A DNA stretch of 63,531 nt, counting the filler, from Octopus bimaculoides (lineage: Eukaryota), in assembly GCF_001194135.2 (NCBI RefSeq). It is 5 parts of 5 records of this genome, joined end to end, with 100 filler letters (N's around TTAATTAATTAA, not from the genome) between each part and the next. Parts side by side here need not be neighbours in the genome. Positions count along the whole stretch, not along the records: positions 12,045 to 24,548 come from NC_068994.1; positions 24,649 to 47,371 come from NC_069006.1; 3 more parts are not named here. One strand, given 5' to 3'. Every line of letters begins with the position of its first letter. Position 1 is the first letter of the stretch. This document shows, piece by piece, positions 12,981 to 26,739 of this stretch. A model generated the notes under the pieces. The model had not been told where the DNA came from and did no database searches. It saw only the letters and a list, made by a program, of their open reading frames with translations. The position numbers and the translations under genes are program-made.

Positions 12981-13512
12981 TTCACTAGAGCAAGTTTAGT
13001 GGGATCCACTTGACTGCACACATACAGGCCACATCTGTATGATGGAGATAACATCATCAGTTCTTCCTATCGGCTCCCAGCGAATCTGAAAAGAGCCATA
13101 ACCACTGTCCCGCTATTCTAAACTATAACTGCTTCCACCGATGTATGTCGCTGGGCGATAAGAGAAAAAGAAGCCGGCCAAGGAAGACATGACGTAGTAC
13201 CTTCGGAGAAGGCCTACGTAGACTTAACATCACCTGTGGAAGAAGCATAGTGGTTGGTCAGAGACAAAGATAATTGGCAATCACTGATCCTATGTTCGTA
13301 TAAGAGCTTCCGGTGCGAAAGCTAAGCAGTACGGCATGTTATTTCCTAATTCCTGACAGAGTGAATTGCGCTATGGTGCTGTTTTACTCACAGATGGCGA
13401 CCAACTGAGCCTATTATACGGTATAGTCGACAAAATCAAAAACAGATAATGCGCATGCACGAAATCAGACATATAAAATGGCGATACTTTACCCGTCGCA
13501 CCCTATATATAT

Positions 13513-13565
<53 letters not shown>

Positions 13566-13919
13566 TGTTGTCTGTGCGTGTGTATACACGTGTGTGTGTA
13601 AGTATGTATATACATTTATATATATATATGCATATATATACACATATATACATATATATATNNNNNNNNNNNNNNNNNNNNNNNNNNNNNNNNNNNNNNN
13701 NNNNNNNNNNNNNNNNNNNNNNNNNNNNNNNNNNNNNNNNNNNNNNNNNNNNNNNNNNNNNNNNNNNNNNNNNNNNNNNNNNNNNNNNNNNNNNNNNNNN
13801 NNNNNNNNNNNNNNNNNNNNNNNNNNNNNNNNNNNNNNNNNNNNNNTATATATATATATATATATATGTATACATGTATATATATATATATGTGTATATA
13901 TATATATACACACGTGTGA

Positions 13920-13950
<31 letters not shown>

Positions 13951-14639
13951 CAGGTACTTATACTCTGAAAAACGCCTATATACATTTGTATGGACGTTTT
14001 TGTGAGTATAAGTACGTATGTGTATGTGCGTAAATGATTGTACTTCCATGTGTCTGCTTGTGTGCGCATATATATGTACATATTCATATATGTGTGTTTA
14101 TGTGCGTGTAGAAGTTTCAAAGATTCAACAGAAGCACGGCAAAGGAACAAACAGAAGATTCACACACAAGGCATGGACATGCTTTTTCTTCGTCAGTTAT
14201 CGTTCCGAAAAAAAGAACCCCATTACAATTCCACACCTTTAACGATAATATTGATCATTTTTGGTGGCGTCAACTGCGAAAAGCAGCTCGGAATAGTGAG
14301 CGAACGTTGAGGACAGAGACTAAAACAAACACGGCGTATCAAAGGGAATATACAAAGAAATGCCAGTACACACACACACACTCAAACACACACACGCACA
14401 CACACGCACACACACGCACACACACAATGATATATATATATATACACACACTAGCTTCCTGATAAAATTCTTGTAAAACATTTTATCCCATTATTGAATT
14501 CATTAATTAAATATATATATACATATATAGACAGAGAGAGAAGGGGAAGAGAGAAAGAGAGATATATAGATAGGTGGGTAGATAGATAGAAAGATAGATA
14601 GATGGATAGATACATAGATACATATGTATGTATGTATGC

Positions 14640-14670
<31 letters not shown>

Positions 14671-15437
14671 CGCGTAGGTGTATATGTATCTAAATGTATT
14701 ATGAAAACTATCTAATCTTTTCTTATTGGCGTAATTGTGTGACTCGTTATTGCTCTTAGAATTCTCTTTCTCTTCAATATGTTCATTGTCGTTGGTTGGG
14801 GGGGGGGCGGTTATTGGTAGCTGGGGCGGTGACGACAACGATGGTGGTGGTGGTGGTGGTGTTTGGAGGTGGCCGTGGTAGTGGTGATTGCACTGTTGTA
14901 GTTGTTGCTGTTGTCATTTTTCATGTCCATTATGTGTTATAGTTGGCGCCTGTCTGGCAATAACNNNNNNNNNNNNNNNNNNNNNNNNNNNNNNNNNNNN
15001 NNNNNNNNNNNNNNNNNNNNNNNNNNNNNNNNNNNNNNNNNNNNNNNNNNNNNNNNNNNNNNNNNNNNNNNNNNNNNNNNNNNNNNNNNNNNNNNNNNNN
15101 NNNNNNNNNNNNNNNNNNNNNNNNNNNNNNNNNNNNNNNNNNNNNNNNNNNNNNNNNNNNNNNNNNNNNNNNNNNNNNNNNNNNNNNNNNNNNNNNNNNN
15201 NNNNNNNNNNNNNNNNNNNNNNNNNNNNNNNNNNNNNNNNNNNNNNNNNNNNNNNNNNNNNNNNNNNNNNNNNNNNNNNNNNNNNNNNNNNNNNNNNNNN
15301 NNNNNNNNNNNNNNNNNNNNNNNNNNNNNNNNNNNNNNNNNNNNNNNNNNTATATATATGGGTGTATGTGCTCATGTATGTGTTCATAATTGAGTAATTG
15401 TTAATATACTAACTTAGTGTGTGTATATAAAAAAAAA

Positions 15438-15488
<51 letters not shown>

Positions 15489-16246
15489 TGTGTGTGTATG
15501 TATATATATATATATATACATATACGCACATAATTATTCAACCAGAAGTATTGTATGCCTTTATGCTCATGTTTGTATTTCAGATGCATGTACTTATACT
15601 GACATACATACATAATACATACACACACACACATATACTTAGATATATATACACAGTTATTGTATATACATGAAGATGTGATAACATTTTATATATATAC
15701 ATATATTATATATACATGAATACTTGTATCACACACACACATACTCACACATATACACATACTCACATATACACATACTCACACATATACACATATGATA
15801 CATAACCATATACATGTCTGTACACAGAGTCACTTCCTCACACACACACACAAACACACACGCATACATGTGTCTCTGTGCGTTGCGAGTGTTTTTAACA
15901 AGTTTATGAATGATCGACAAATGTAGAGGTACAAGGTTCAAACCCAGACACATGCAACAATGACCTTCAGTCATTCATTATTTTCCATATTTAATTATAT
16001 ATTGGATTTTCCAGTGAGACTTCGACTAATTTCCTCTTCTCCCTTATCTCACCCCCGCCACCTATATCACACCTCACACCACTCTTCTTTCTCTCCTCGC
16101 CTCCCCTCCCTGTTTTTGGCGTTCCCTGTTACTCTCGTTCTCTTCGCAATTTCAGTTTTTTTCTTTGCCTCTCTCCTCTCCATGTCTTTGTATCTCTCTG
16201 TCTGCTGTCTCTATCTCTATCTCTCATTTCCTCTCTTTCTCTCTCT

Positions 16247-16280
<34 letters not shown>

Positions 16281-16380
16281 NNNNNNNNNNNNNNNNNNNN
16301 NNNNNNNNNNNNNNNNNNNNNNNNNNNNNNNNNNNNNNNNNNNNNNNNNNNNNNNNNNNNNNNNNNNNNNNNNNNNNNNN

Positions 16381-16421
<41 letters not shown>

Positions 16422-16569
16422 ATGCGTAAAAGCATAAAAGCAGGTGTTTGTTTGTTTACGTCCTTGTGACTTAGCGCTCAGATAGAATAAGTGTCAAACC
16501 TAGATTGAGTAGTGAGGTTGATTTGATCACCTAAACGCTTTTTAATGGCGAGACCCTGTCAAACAAAAT

Positions 16570-16601
16570 ACCGTAATAAACAGACAGACAGACAGATAGA
16601 C

Positions 16602-16639
<38 letters not shown>

Positions 16640-16758
16640 GAGATAGGTAGATAGATAGACAGACTGACTGACAGACAGTCAGACAGACAGATAGATAGAC
16701 AGATAGATAGATAGATAGATAGATAGAAAAACAGACGACAGACAGAAAGGCTGACGAC

Positions 16759-16812
<54 letters not shown>

Positions 16813-16925
16813 ATAGATAGACAGACAAACAGACAGATAGACGACAGACAGACAGACAGACAAACAGAGAGATAGATAGAGAGATAGATAGATAGATTGA
16901 TGGATGGATGGATAAGATAGACAAA
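16570..16925. repeat. Compound (GACA)n/(GATA)n microsatellite
   Basis: Direct reading. Confidence 0.95.
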
Positions 16926-17111
16926 CAGACAGATCTCCCTGTCTTTCTCTCTGTCTTTTCACTCTGTCTCTCTGTCTCTCGCTCTTCTCTGTTTAATGTA
17001 TGTGTATGTGCATATGTATATTAACGTGTATCATGGGTGTGAATCTTATTATTGCTCAATAGAGCTATCTGTCTGTCTTTATCCCTCACTCTCTTTCTGT
17101 TTCTCACGCTT

Positions 17112-17161
<50 letters not shown>

Positions 17162-17840
17162 ACTCACTTACTCACTCACTAACACTTTTTCCCTCTCCTC
17201 TTTCTCTCTTTCTTTCTCTACCTCTCCCTTCCTCTCCTGCTCTCTTGTCATTCTATTTCCATCCAATGATTTTTTCCCTACACTCTTTCTTTTCCTATAA
17301 CAATCACGCCAGACAAACGATTACATTTGTTCCCATAGCAATGCCAGTATGGATGGCCCAATGTGTCATAAATCATCACACGTCAGCCAATCCGTCGCCA
17401 GAGGACTTCCTTGCTTTATACGACGTCTTATTAACTATAACTATTCATTTCCACAGAAGTTATATGTTTATGTGCGTGCATGATCACAAAATGTTTTACG
17501 AACTTGTAGATTCATATACATACGTATATGACTCCCTTCAGAGCTGTAAGTTGGCGGAATTATTAGAGCGTCGAACAAAAGTATTATATTATTTATTCTG
17601 GCTCATTATGCTTTGTGTTCAAATTCCGCCGAGGGCAATCTTGCGTTACATCTTTCTGAAGTCGATAATACTATAAAAGTAACAACTAATCAAGTTGTAG
17701 TGTTGATTTAATGTAATTCCGACCTGAGCCATCATGCAATAAGACTAGCGTGGCCCATCGAGCTCAAGCTTTCTACCTGACCATGGGACTCCTGTTGGAG
17801 TACACTGCTATCATATCAATGCTATATGTCTAAAATATGC

Positions 17841-18050
17841 GGCGGGCCGGCAGAATCGTTAAGCACGTCGGGAAAATTGCTTAACGGCATTTCGTCCGTC
17901 TGTACGTTCTGGGTTCAAATTTCGCCGAGGTCGACTTTAGCTTTCATTCGTCCGTGGTCGATAAAATACGTACCAGTTGAGCACTGAGGTCGATATACTC
18001 AACTTGCTCCCGCCCCCGAAATTGCTGGCCCTGTGCCAAAATTTGAAACC
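17841..18050 (+). mobile_element. SINE family B
   Basis: ggcagaatcgtt head, ggttcaaatttc B-box, ggccctgtgccaaaatttgaaacc tail. Confidence 0.8.
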
Positions 18051-18597
18051 AATATTATATGCCTGTAATTATCATTACAACACACATAGACACACCATAC
18101 ACATACATATGTAGCACAGTAGATTCTCCTATCGGCTTCACTGTGCGAAAGTCTAACAGACAAATATCTTAGCTGATATTTGCACAGATGGTTTGTTTTC
18201 AGTGATAAAGACTTGCACTGGATCAGCCACACTTTTTGAAAATGTTAAAAGTAGAAAATCGGTGCAGATGTTTGCCACAGACTCTATGAACAACATACCT
18301 CAGGCTTTTGTCTCAGAGTCTTCCATCTCCTGATTTAATGTTAGTTTTTTAAGCTCGTGTATGTGAGTCTTTCTTTAACAACTCACAATAATGGCTTTTA
18401 TTACCTTTATTCCTACCTCAGTTCATCTAATCGTATACATCTATCGTTACTTTTCGTAAAAAGCCTTTACTTTTTTTGATTTCCAATGTGCATTTTCTCT
18501 TATTTTTCTGCTTACTTTCCCCTTACATTTCTACGTGTAGTTTCTATCTTGTTTTTGTAACATATTTCTATTATATATATATATGAAACTTAGATAA

Positions 18598-18905
18598 AAA
18601 AAAAACTTAGATATGTTTCGACCAAAGAGTGTTCCAGGCCATGTCTAACTTAATAATAGCACCACCTGATAGGATTATCTAAATCCTTTTTAAGTCAAGT
18701 TTTGTTTATGGTCCATTCAAGTAGTGAAGAACTTGTTGAGTGAGTTGTATCCACTCAACAAGAACTTGCTGAGTGAGTTGTATCCACTCAACAAGTTCTT
18801 GTTGAGTGAGTTGTATCCAGGTATGGGTGGCTTATCTGGTATTTCTTGAAGAAATCTGTCCAGACTCCGTTTAAAGGTGATGGGATCCATTTCCTCTTTA
18901 ATCAC
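18598..18905 (-). mobile_element. CR1-like LINE 3' end (ORF2 C-terminus, UTR, A-rich tail)
   Basis: DPITFKRSLDRFLQEIPDKPPIPGYNSLNKN motif; T-rich end (A-run on + strand) at about 18600. Confidence 0.75.
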
Positions 18906-19126
18906 ATATATATTACAAATACATATATACATATATATTATGAGCAGCCGTAGACTTTTACTATCCGAAAAGGTTTTTAAAGCAATATTTACGCGCTATC
19001 GTTTATAGCTTTATGTACTTCGAGATTCACCATCCCTACAAAGAATTACTTCATGTTCACGAAGTTTCTCGATGTTTTTGATGTCATATACAGGCACACG
19101 CGCACACACACACACGTACAACACGT

Positions 19127-19262
19127 ATTTTCTACTCTAGGCACAAGGCCCGAAATTTTGGGCAAGAGGAGTCAGTTGATTAGATCGACGCCAGTATGCA
19201 ACTGGTACTTAATTTATCGACCCCGAAAGGAAGAAAGGCAAAGTCGACCTCGGCGGAATTCA
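19127..19262 (-). mobile_element. SINE family B, 3' half
   Basis: tctactctaggcacaaggcccgaaattttggg...gtcgacctcggcggaatt. Confidence 0.8.
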
Positions 19263-19781
19263 AACACACATATAACATGTCTGAAACAGCTTTAGTCGAT
19301 CTCAGCCTACTTGTATTATACACACACTCACACACACATGTAGGTATGGATGGATGGATGGATGGATGGATATACATACATAGAGATACATAGAGGTACA
19401 TTGAGATAAAGATAGTCAGGCAAAGAGAGTGAAGCAGAGAGAGAAAGAAGGTGCTTATAGTTTCACATTGTAGTGGGAATTCTTGCAGTGTTGTGATAAA
19501 AGTGCTCAATGCTGTCAGGTAGAGTGGAATATGAGAAACTAGGAGTAACGACCCACGCACACTCAGATTCAGATTTCAATAAAAGATTCATATATACACA
19601 TACAAATACATATATATATATATATATATACATATATATATAAATATATCGATGTATGCATGTATATATATACATATGTATGTATATAAATATATATATA
19701 TATGTTCGTGTGTATATATGTATATGTATGTATGTATTATGTATAATATATATGCCTGTGTTATTAGTTGTGTTGCGTGTG

Positions 19782-19817
<36 letters not shown>

Positions 19818-19860
19818 TATATTATATGTGTGTGTATACATATGCTTTTAAAATATATAT

Positions 19861-19891
<31 letters not shown>

Positions 19892-22281
19892 NNNNNNNNN
19901 NNNNNNNNNNNNNNNNNNNNNNNNNNNNNNNNNNNNNNNNNNNNNNNNNNNNNNNNNNNNNNNNNNNNNNNNNNNNNNNNNNNNNNNNNNNNNNNNNNNN
20001 NNNNNNNNNNNNNNNNNNNNNNNNNNNNNNNNNNNNNNNNNNNNNNNNNNNNNNNNNNNNNNNNNNNNNNNNNNNNNNNNNNNNNNNNNNNNNNNNNNNN
20101 NNNNNNNNNNNNNNNNNNNNNNNNNNNNNNNNNNNNNNNNNNNNNNNNNNNNNNNNNNNNNATATAACAAGCAATACGAGTAAAATACGGGACTATCAAA
20201 TGTAAAGAGAGAAATTTGCTTCCGTTGCAAAAAAACATCTGATTAATGCAATCACAATAGCTTTGAGCCAAGGATTCTTTCTCGCAACACATTTATCAGG
20301 TGGCAGCAACGGCGTTGGTGGCGGCGACGGCGGCGGCGGCGGCGACGGCTGCCGCCATAGTGGTGGTACTGAGTGTGATGGGGGGGGGGGATGATGGTGA
20401 CGACGGTGTTTCTGGCGGTGATAGTGATAATAATCATTATGATAGGGAAGCATCTGATAATTTTGCTGGTGGTATTTATAGAGATGATGGCGGTATGGTG
20501 TTGGAGTTGATGCTACTATAGTTGGTTGTGGTAGCACTTGCAGTCGTTGTTGAGGTTGTTGTAATGTTCATTGCTTATGATACTAATTTTGATCTAGTGG
20601 TATTAGGCGGTAGGGTGTTGGTATTGGTGGTGGAGGTCGTTTTGGTGGAGAGGACAAAAGCTACTACATGTGCTTTTATCGGTAGGAAGAAGAGGTGGGT
20701 AAAGAGATAGTGTTTGTGCGGTAAGGTAGTGGTGCAGATGCTAAATCTAGTACTATGCGTAGTAGTCGTAGTGGTACTATTTATATATATATATATATAT
20801 ATNNNNNNNNNNNNNNNNNNNNNNNNNNNNNNNNNNNNNNNNNNNNNNNNNNNNNNNNNNNNNNNNNNNNNNNNNNNNNNNNNNNNNNNNNNNNNNNNNN
20901 NNNNNNNNNNNNNNNNNNNNNNNNNNNNNNNNNNNNNNNNNNNNNNNNNNNNNNNNNNNNNNNNNNNNNNNNNNNNNNNNNNNNNNNNNNNNNNNNNNNN
21001 NNNNNNNNNNNNNNNNNNNNNNNNNNNNNNNNNNNNNNNNNNNNNNNNNNNNNNNNNNNNNNNNNNNNNNNNNNNNNNNNNNNNNNNNNNNNNNNNNNNN
21101 NNNNNNNNNNNNNNNNNNNNNNNNNNNNNNNNNNNNNNNNNNNNNNNNNNNNNNNNNNNNNNNNNNNNNNNNNNNNNNNNNNNNNNNNNNNNNNNNNNNN
21201 NNNNNNNNNNNNNNNNNNNNNNNNNNNNNNNNNNNNNNNNNNNNNNNNNNNNNNNNNNNNNNNNNNNNNNNNNNNNNNNNNNNNNNNNNNNNNNNNNNNN
21301 NNNNNNNNNNNNNNNNNNNNNNNNNNNNNNNNNNNNNNNNNNNNNNNNNNNNNNNNNNNNNNNNNNNNNNNNNNNNNNNNNNNNNNNNNNNNNNNNNNNN
21401 NNNNNNNNNNNNNNNNNNNNNNNNNNNNNNNNNNNNNNNNNNNNNNNNNNNNNNNNNNNNNNNNNNNNNNNNNNNNNNNNNNNNNNNNNNNNNNNNNNNN
21501 NNNNNNNNNNNNNNNNNNNNNNNNNNNNNNNNNNNNNNNNNNNNNNNNNNNNNNNNNNNNNNNNNNNNNNNNNNNNNNNNNNNNNNNNNNNNNNNNNNNN
21601 NNNNNNNNNNNNNNNNNNNNNNNNNNNNNNNNNNNNNNNNNNNNNNNNNNNNNNNNNNNNNNNNNNNNNNNNNNNNNNNNNNNNNNNNNNNNNNNNNNNN
21701 NNNNNNNNNNNNNNNNNNNNNNNNNNNNNNNNNNNNNNNNNNNNNNNNTATATATATATATATATATATATTATATACACCTCCCTATGTATACAGTTAT
21801 GCACTATTGCACACATAACTATGCATGCATTCACACATATTGGGACAGAAATAGTTGTATATATATAGATACTTACCTATACACACAAGCTCATACATAT
21901 GTTTCACATACACACTCGTGATACATGTTACACACTGGTCTACATACAATTTTACATCAATGGACACAAGTAATACAATGAAATTACATGTATATGTGTA
22001 GATTGTGTATACACCCTGCGGTAGTATATGAAGCATAACAAACAAAAACATGTCTATACATGTATTGGTGCAGGTGTGTATACAAGCTTACACAACCAAG
22101 CACACACATTGTCAGTCATTATATATTCATATATGTGAGTACGCGCGCGTACACGTGTATGTGTGTGTGTGTGTGTATGTATGTGTGTGTGTGTAAGTAT
22201 GTATGTAATGTATATTTTCCATAACAACATGCATGCACTATGTGAATTGCTACATACACATGAAGAAATGAGTACATATGC

Positions 22282-22312
<31 letters not shown>

Positions 22313-22483
22313 CGGATATACATATACATATATGTACATGTATATATACACATACATATATATCAATATATACATGCATATATGTATATATATAACTATA
22401 CGTATATTTACATGTATGTATATACACATATGTATGCATATATGTATGGTCATATGTGCATATATATATAAATATATATGTAT

Positions 22484-22552
<69 letters not shown>

Positions 22553-22912
22553 CACACGTGTATGTGCTAGCGTAGATGCAGGCACATACAGAGGCGCATA
22601 CGTGAGAGGCACATACGTGAAAGCAAACACATTAAGACACTGGACATACACACATTCCTATTCGTCACTGCATACAGAATCTATGATACACACGTATAAA
22701 CGTGTATTACACATGAGTACGTATACTACACACGTACCTACGTACACATACCCTCTTTGGCATGCAGGGACTCACTCAGACCACAACACACACACACATA
22801 CACACTCGCACACACACATACACACTCACACACACACATACACACTCGCACACACACAGAAGACTTAACCAGCATATACAAATATACTGACACAAGCTAC
22901 TACTTAAACAAC

Positions 22913-22924
22913 AACAACAATTAT

Positions 22925-22976
<52 letters not shown>
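22913..22976. repeat. (ACA)n/(ACT)n microsatellite
   Basis: Direct reading. Confidence 0.9.
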
Positions 22977-22977
<1 letters not shown>

Positions 22978-23234
22978 TTCGCATACGCACATGCTCTCAT
23001 GCGCCGTCTACAACGCACGCAGATCGCTGCATTCATACACATGTAGATACATACATGCATGTATGCAAACGTCCAAGTGCGTATACATTTGTGCATGCAT
23101 ACATACACAAACCCACGCGCATATTATGGCGCTCATATACACACATACCATTGTATATAAACATACACACTCTTTTTTGCATGGCATGTGGACATACGCG
23201 TACATAGGAAACACCGTAATATTAATATATGCGT

Positions 23235-23365
23235 TGTAAGAAGCTTGCTTCCCAACCACATGATTCCGGGTTCAGTCCCGGGCAAGTGTCCTCTTTAATA
23301 GCCTCGAGCCGGCCAAAGACTTATGAGTGGATTTGATAGACGGAAACTGAAAGAAGCCCGTTGTG
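23235..23365 (+). mobile_element. SINE family A, 5' half
   Basis: gcttgcttcccaaccacatgattccgggttcagtccc...ggaaactgaaagaagcccg. Confidence 0.8.
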
Positions 23366-24592
23366 TATATATATATACACATATATATATATATATACCT
23401 ATATATATATATATATATATATATNNNNNNNNNNNNNNNNNNNNNNNNNNNNNNNNNNNNNNNNNNNNNNNNNNNNNNNNNNNNNNNNNNNNNNNNNNNN
23501 NNNNNNNNNNNNNNNNNNNNNNNNNNNNNNNNNNNNNNNNNNNNNNNNNNNNNNNNNNNNNNNNNNNNNNNNNNNNNNNNNNNNNNNNNNNNNNNNNNNN
23601 NNNNNNNNNNNNNNNNNNNNNNNNNNNNNNNNNNNNNNNNNNNNNNNNNNNNNNNNNNNNNNNNNNNNNNNNNNNNNNNNNNNNNNNNNNNNNNNNNNNN
23701 NNNNNNNNNNNNNNNNNNNNNNNNNNNNNNNNNNNNNNNNNNNNNNNNNNNNNNNNNNNNNNNNNNNNNNNNNNNNNNNNNNNNNNNNNNNNNNNNNNNN
23801 NNNNNNNNNNNNNNNNNNNNNNNNNNNNNNNNNNNNNNNNNNNNNNNNNNNNNNNNNNNNNNNNNNNNNNNNNNNNNNNNNNNNNNNNNNNNNNNATATA
23901 TATATATATATATATACATACAGAGAGAGAGAAAGAGAAAGGGAGAGAGAGAAAGAGGAAGAGAGAGAGAGAGAAAGAGGAAGAGAGAGAGAGATACATA
24001 CATACACGCACACACGCTTGTACATATACATGATTAGATGTAAATGCATCCTATTCATACAGTTATACACTATTTCACACAGCTATATACATACACTATT
24101 GCGTGCGCACGCACACACAGACGCTATGGATATGTATATACACAACTACGTATATAATTGCATACATAGACACGCACTATTTTACACGCAGCATACATAC
24201 ACACACGTTATTACATACACACGTTATTACATACACACGTTATTACATACACACTCACACCCTCACATGCAGATACTTGTACATGCACACACACACACAC
24301 ACCTTAGGCAACGTTCTGCATTCAATTCTTTCATATCAAATCTCTTTACAGCTCATTCATCTATGCGTGATTAATCCATGTGTGTATGCATGCTTGTGTG
24401 TGTACTTGTGTGTTTGTGCGTGTGTGTTCGTGTATGTGTGTGTGCATGATGTTGTATTTGTCTGTATATATATATATATATATATACGTGTGTATGTGCG
24501 TGTGTATGTATGTATACATGTACATATATATATATATGTATATATATANNNNNNNNNNNNNNNNNNNNNNNNNNNNNNNNNNNNNNNNNNNN

Positions 24593-24604
24593 TTAATTAA
24601 TTAA
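24593..24604. other. Artificial scaffold linker TTAATTAATTAA
   Basis: Flanked by 44 N on each side. Confidence 0.9.
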
Positions 24605-24779
24605 NNNNNNNNNNNNNNNNNNNNNNNNNNNNNNNNNNNNNNNNNNNNTATGATATTTACTTTGTATTATATTATACTTATTTATTGTGCTTTTACTTAT
24701 TAATTTTTCTATATGTGACAGTGGATTTTCATTGATGAGTTCATGAACCTTGGTTCTTTTCCCTAAAACTATATATATA

Positions 24780-25021
24780 TACATATATATGTATGTATGT
24801 ATGTATGTATGTTTGTGTGTCTGTGTTTGTCCCCCCAACATCACTTGACAACCGATGCTGGTGTGTTTATGTCTCCGTAACTTAGCAGTTCGGCAAAAGA
24901 GACCGATAGAATAAGTAGTAGGCTTCCAAAGAATAAGTCCTGGGGTCGATTCGTTTGATTAAAGGCGGTGCTCCAGCATGGCCGCAGTCAAATGACTGAA
25001 ACAAGTAAAAGAGTAAAAAGA
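24780..25021 (+). mobile_element. SINE family A, 3' half
   Basis: tgtccccccaacatcacttgacaacc...gactgaaacaagtaaaagagtaaaaag. Confidence 0.85.
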
Positions 25022-25134
25022 GAACCAATTGAACACTGAGATCAATATAATTGATGGTTACTGACTTCCTGAAAATTACAGGCCTTGTGCCAAAATTTGA
25101 AACCAGTATTACTATTTCAGTTTGGCTCAAGTTC

Positions 25135-25375
25135 AGTCTTATTTCTGGTAGGAATCATGTGGATAGCGGGTTACTACCTGTAATCTTAGGTATCCATGAA
25201 TTTTCAGCAGTCTTTCAAGTGCTTAGAATCCTCCTGATAATCCTTGCGGCCCTTAAGAGACAGACTTTCTGTAGGAGCTCTACCAGGCATTCTATTTCAA
25301 TCTCCCTCAGTCATTTGTCTATATCTGGGCTTACTGTTCCCAACGCACCATTTATTACGTACTGTTTGCATTTTC
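25135..25375 (-). mobile_element. R4/Dong-like LINE C-terminus and 3' UTR
   Basis: VINGALGTVSPDIDK*LREIEIECLVELLQKVCLLRAARIIRRILST*. Confidence 0.7.
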
Positions 25376-25417
25376 CATATTCTTCCTATTTCAAACCTTA
25401 AGGGGAAAAAATTATTA

Positions 25418-25852
25418 TACTCTTTTACTTGTTTCAGTCATTTGACTGCGGCCATGCTGGAGCACCGCCTTTAGTCGAGCAAATCGACCCTAGGACTTAT
25501 TCTTTGGAAGCCTACTACTTATTCTATCGGTTTCTTTTGCTGAACCGCTAAGTTACGGGGACGTAAAAACACCACCATCAGTTGTGAAGCGATGTTGGGG
25601 GGACAAACACAGGCACACAAACATATACACACACATACATATATATATATACATAAGGTTGAGGAGGGTATTGGATTTAACCAAACCCAAAAGATACAGG
25701 TAATACCGAGTAAGTGCTGTATACCGACTAGTTAGGCTTCTTTCAGTTTCCGTCTACCAAATCCACTCACAAGGCTTTGGTCGGTCAGAGGCTATAGTAG
25801 AAGACACTTGCCCAAGGTGCCATACAGTGGGAATGAACCCAGAACCATGTGA
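25418..25852 (-). mobile_element. SINE family A, near full length, with an approx. 65-bp insertion in its central (TA)n
   Basis: Both halves are present; non-SINE sequence lies at about 25655-25718. Confidence 0.8.
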
Positions 25853-25970
25853 CCATCTGCACAAAGGATTATTTACCTAAATTCAGTGGAATACATCCAC
25901 TGGTTTTCAAAAATAGAAATACTAATAATAATAATATATTAATATTAATATTTCTATTATTATTATTATA

Positions 25971-26318
25971 GAGTTGCACAGTATACAATATCATGAGGTT
26001 GACTGAAGATATTGTGTACTGTTTGTCAAGTCTCAACAAGGACCTTAGACTGACAGTACTTTACGCAATATGCATGCAGTTCCCAGTAATGACAATTTTT
26101 GCAATACACCTAGATTGTAGGATATTTCTAAAGCTTCCAGATGTTTTTTTTCAGCTTGGATGGTATTGAACCCAATGCTCCGATGACAATAAAGATAACT
26201 TTTATGTTCGACTCGCGTAGCTGCCACATCTTAGCAATCTAAATTCCCAGGTCTCCATGTTTAAACCTTCTCTCTTTCTTTCATGATAATACGCTGATCT
26301 CCTGGCACTGCCACAACA
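25971..26318 (-). mobile_element. R4/Dong-like LINE 3' end with restriction-like endonuclease remnant
   Basis: VAVPGDQRIIMKEREK..GDL..IAKMWQL...VIGALGSIP...LQKLSLLGTACILRKVLSV*; (TAA)n on both sides. Confidence 0.8.
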
Positions 26319-26340
26319 ATTATTATTATTATTACTATTA

Positions 26341-26521
26341 GTTCATATAAAGGACTGAAGTACCTCAGCAGAAATATAATAGATAGATAGAAGAGTTCTT
26401 TACTTTTGTATACGATTAACACAATCCATCACAAAGATAGAAGAGTTCTTTACTTTTGTATACGATTGATATAATCTATCTATTATATTTCTGCTGTGCG
26501 ACTTCAGTCCTTTATATGAAC
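26341..26521. mobile_element. Fold-back MITE-like element with approx. 50-bp TIRs and TA flanks
   Basis: 26339-26388 is the reverse complement of 26474-26523 (3 mismatches); internal 33-bp direct repeat at 26385-26417 and 26435-26467. Confidence 0.7.
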
Positions 26522-26739
26522 TAAAAAAATGAATTAGACTGACATTTATTTTGAACCTGTTGAAGGCACACGAGATGCCGAAATATATCGTTCAAAGCGA
26601 AAATAAATAAGTTACTTTCGGGTTGCGCTTTTTGTCATTAAGTTGGCCTTGGTAATGGATTACATGTCAGCCATGTTTACCTTAGTGACGGATTGTGTCA
26701 ATCATATACAAAAGTTAAGAACTCTTCTATCTATCTATT

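Noticed and set aside
16996-17676. 226-aa ORF as a host exon
   Set aside because: The first half is (TC)n; the rest has no recognisable domain. The CCAAT and CACGTCA motifs near 17380 are too short to call a promoter.
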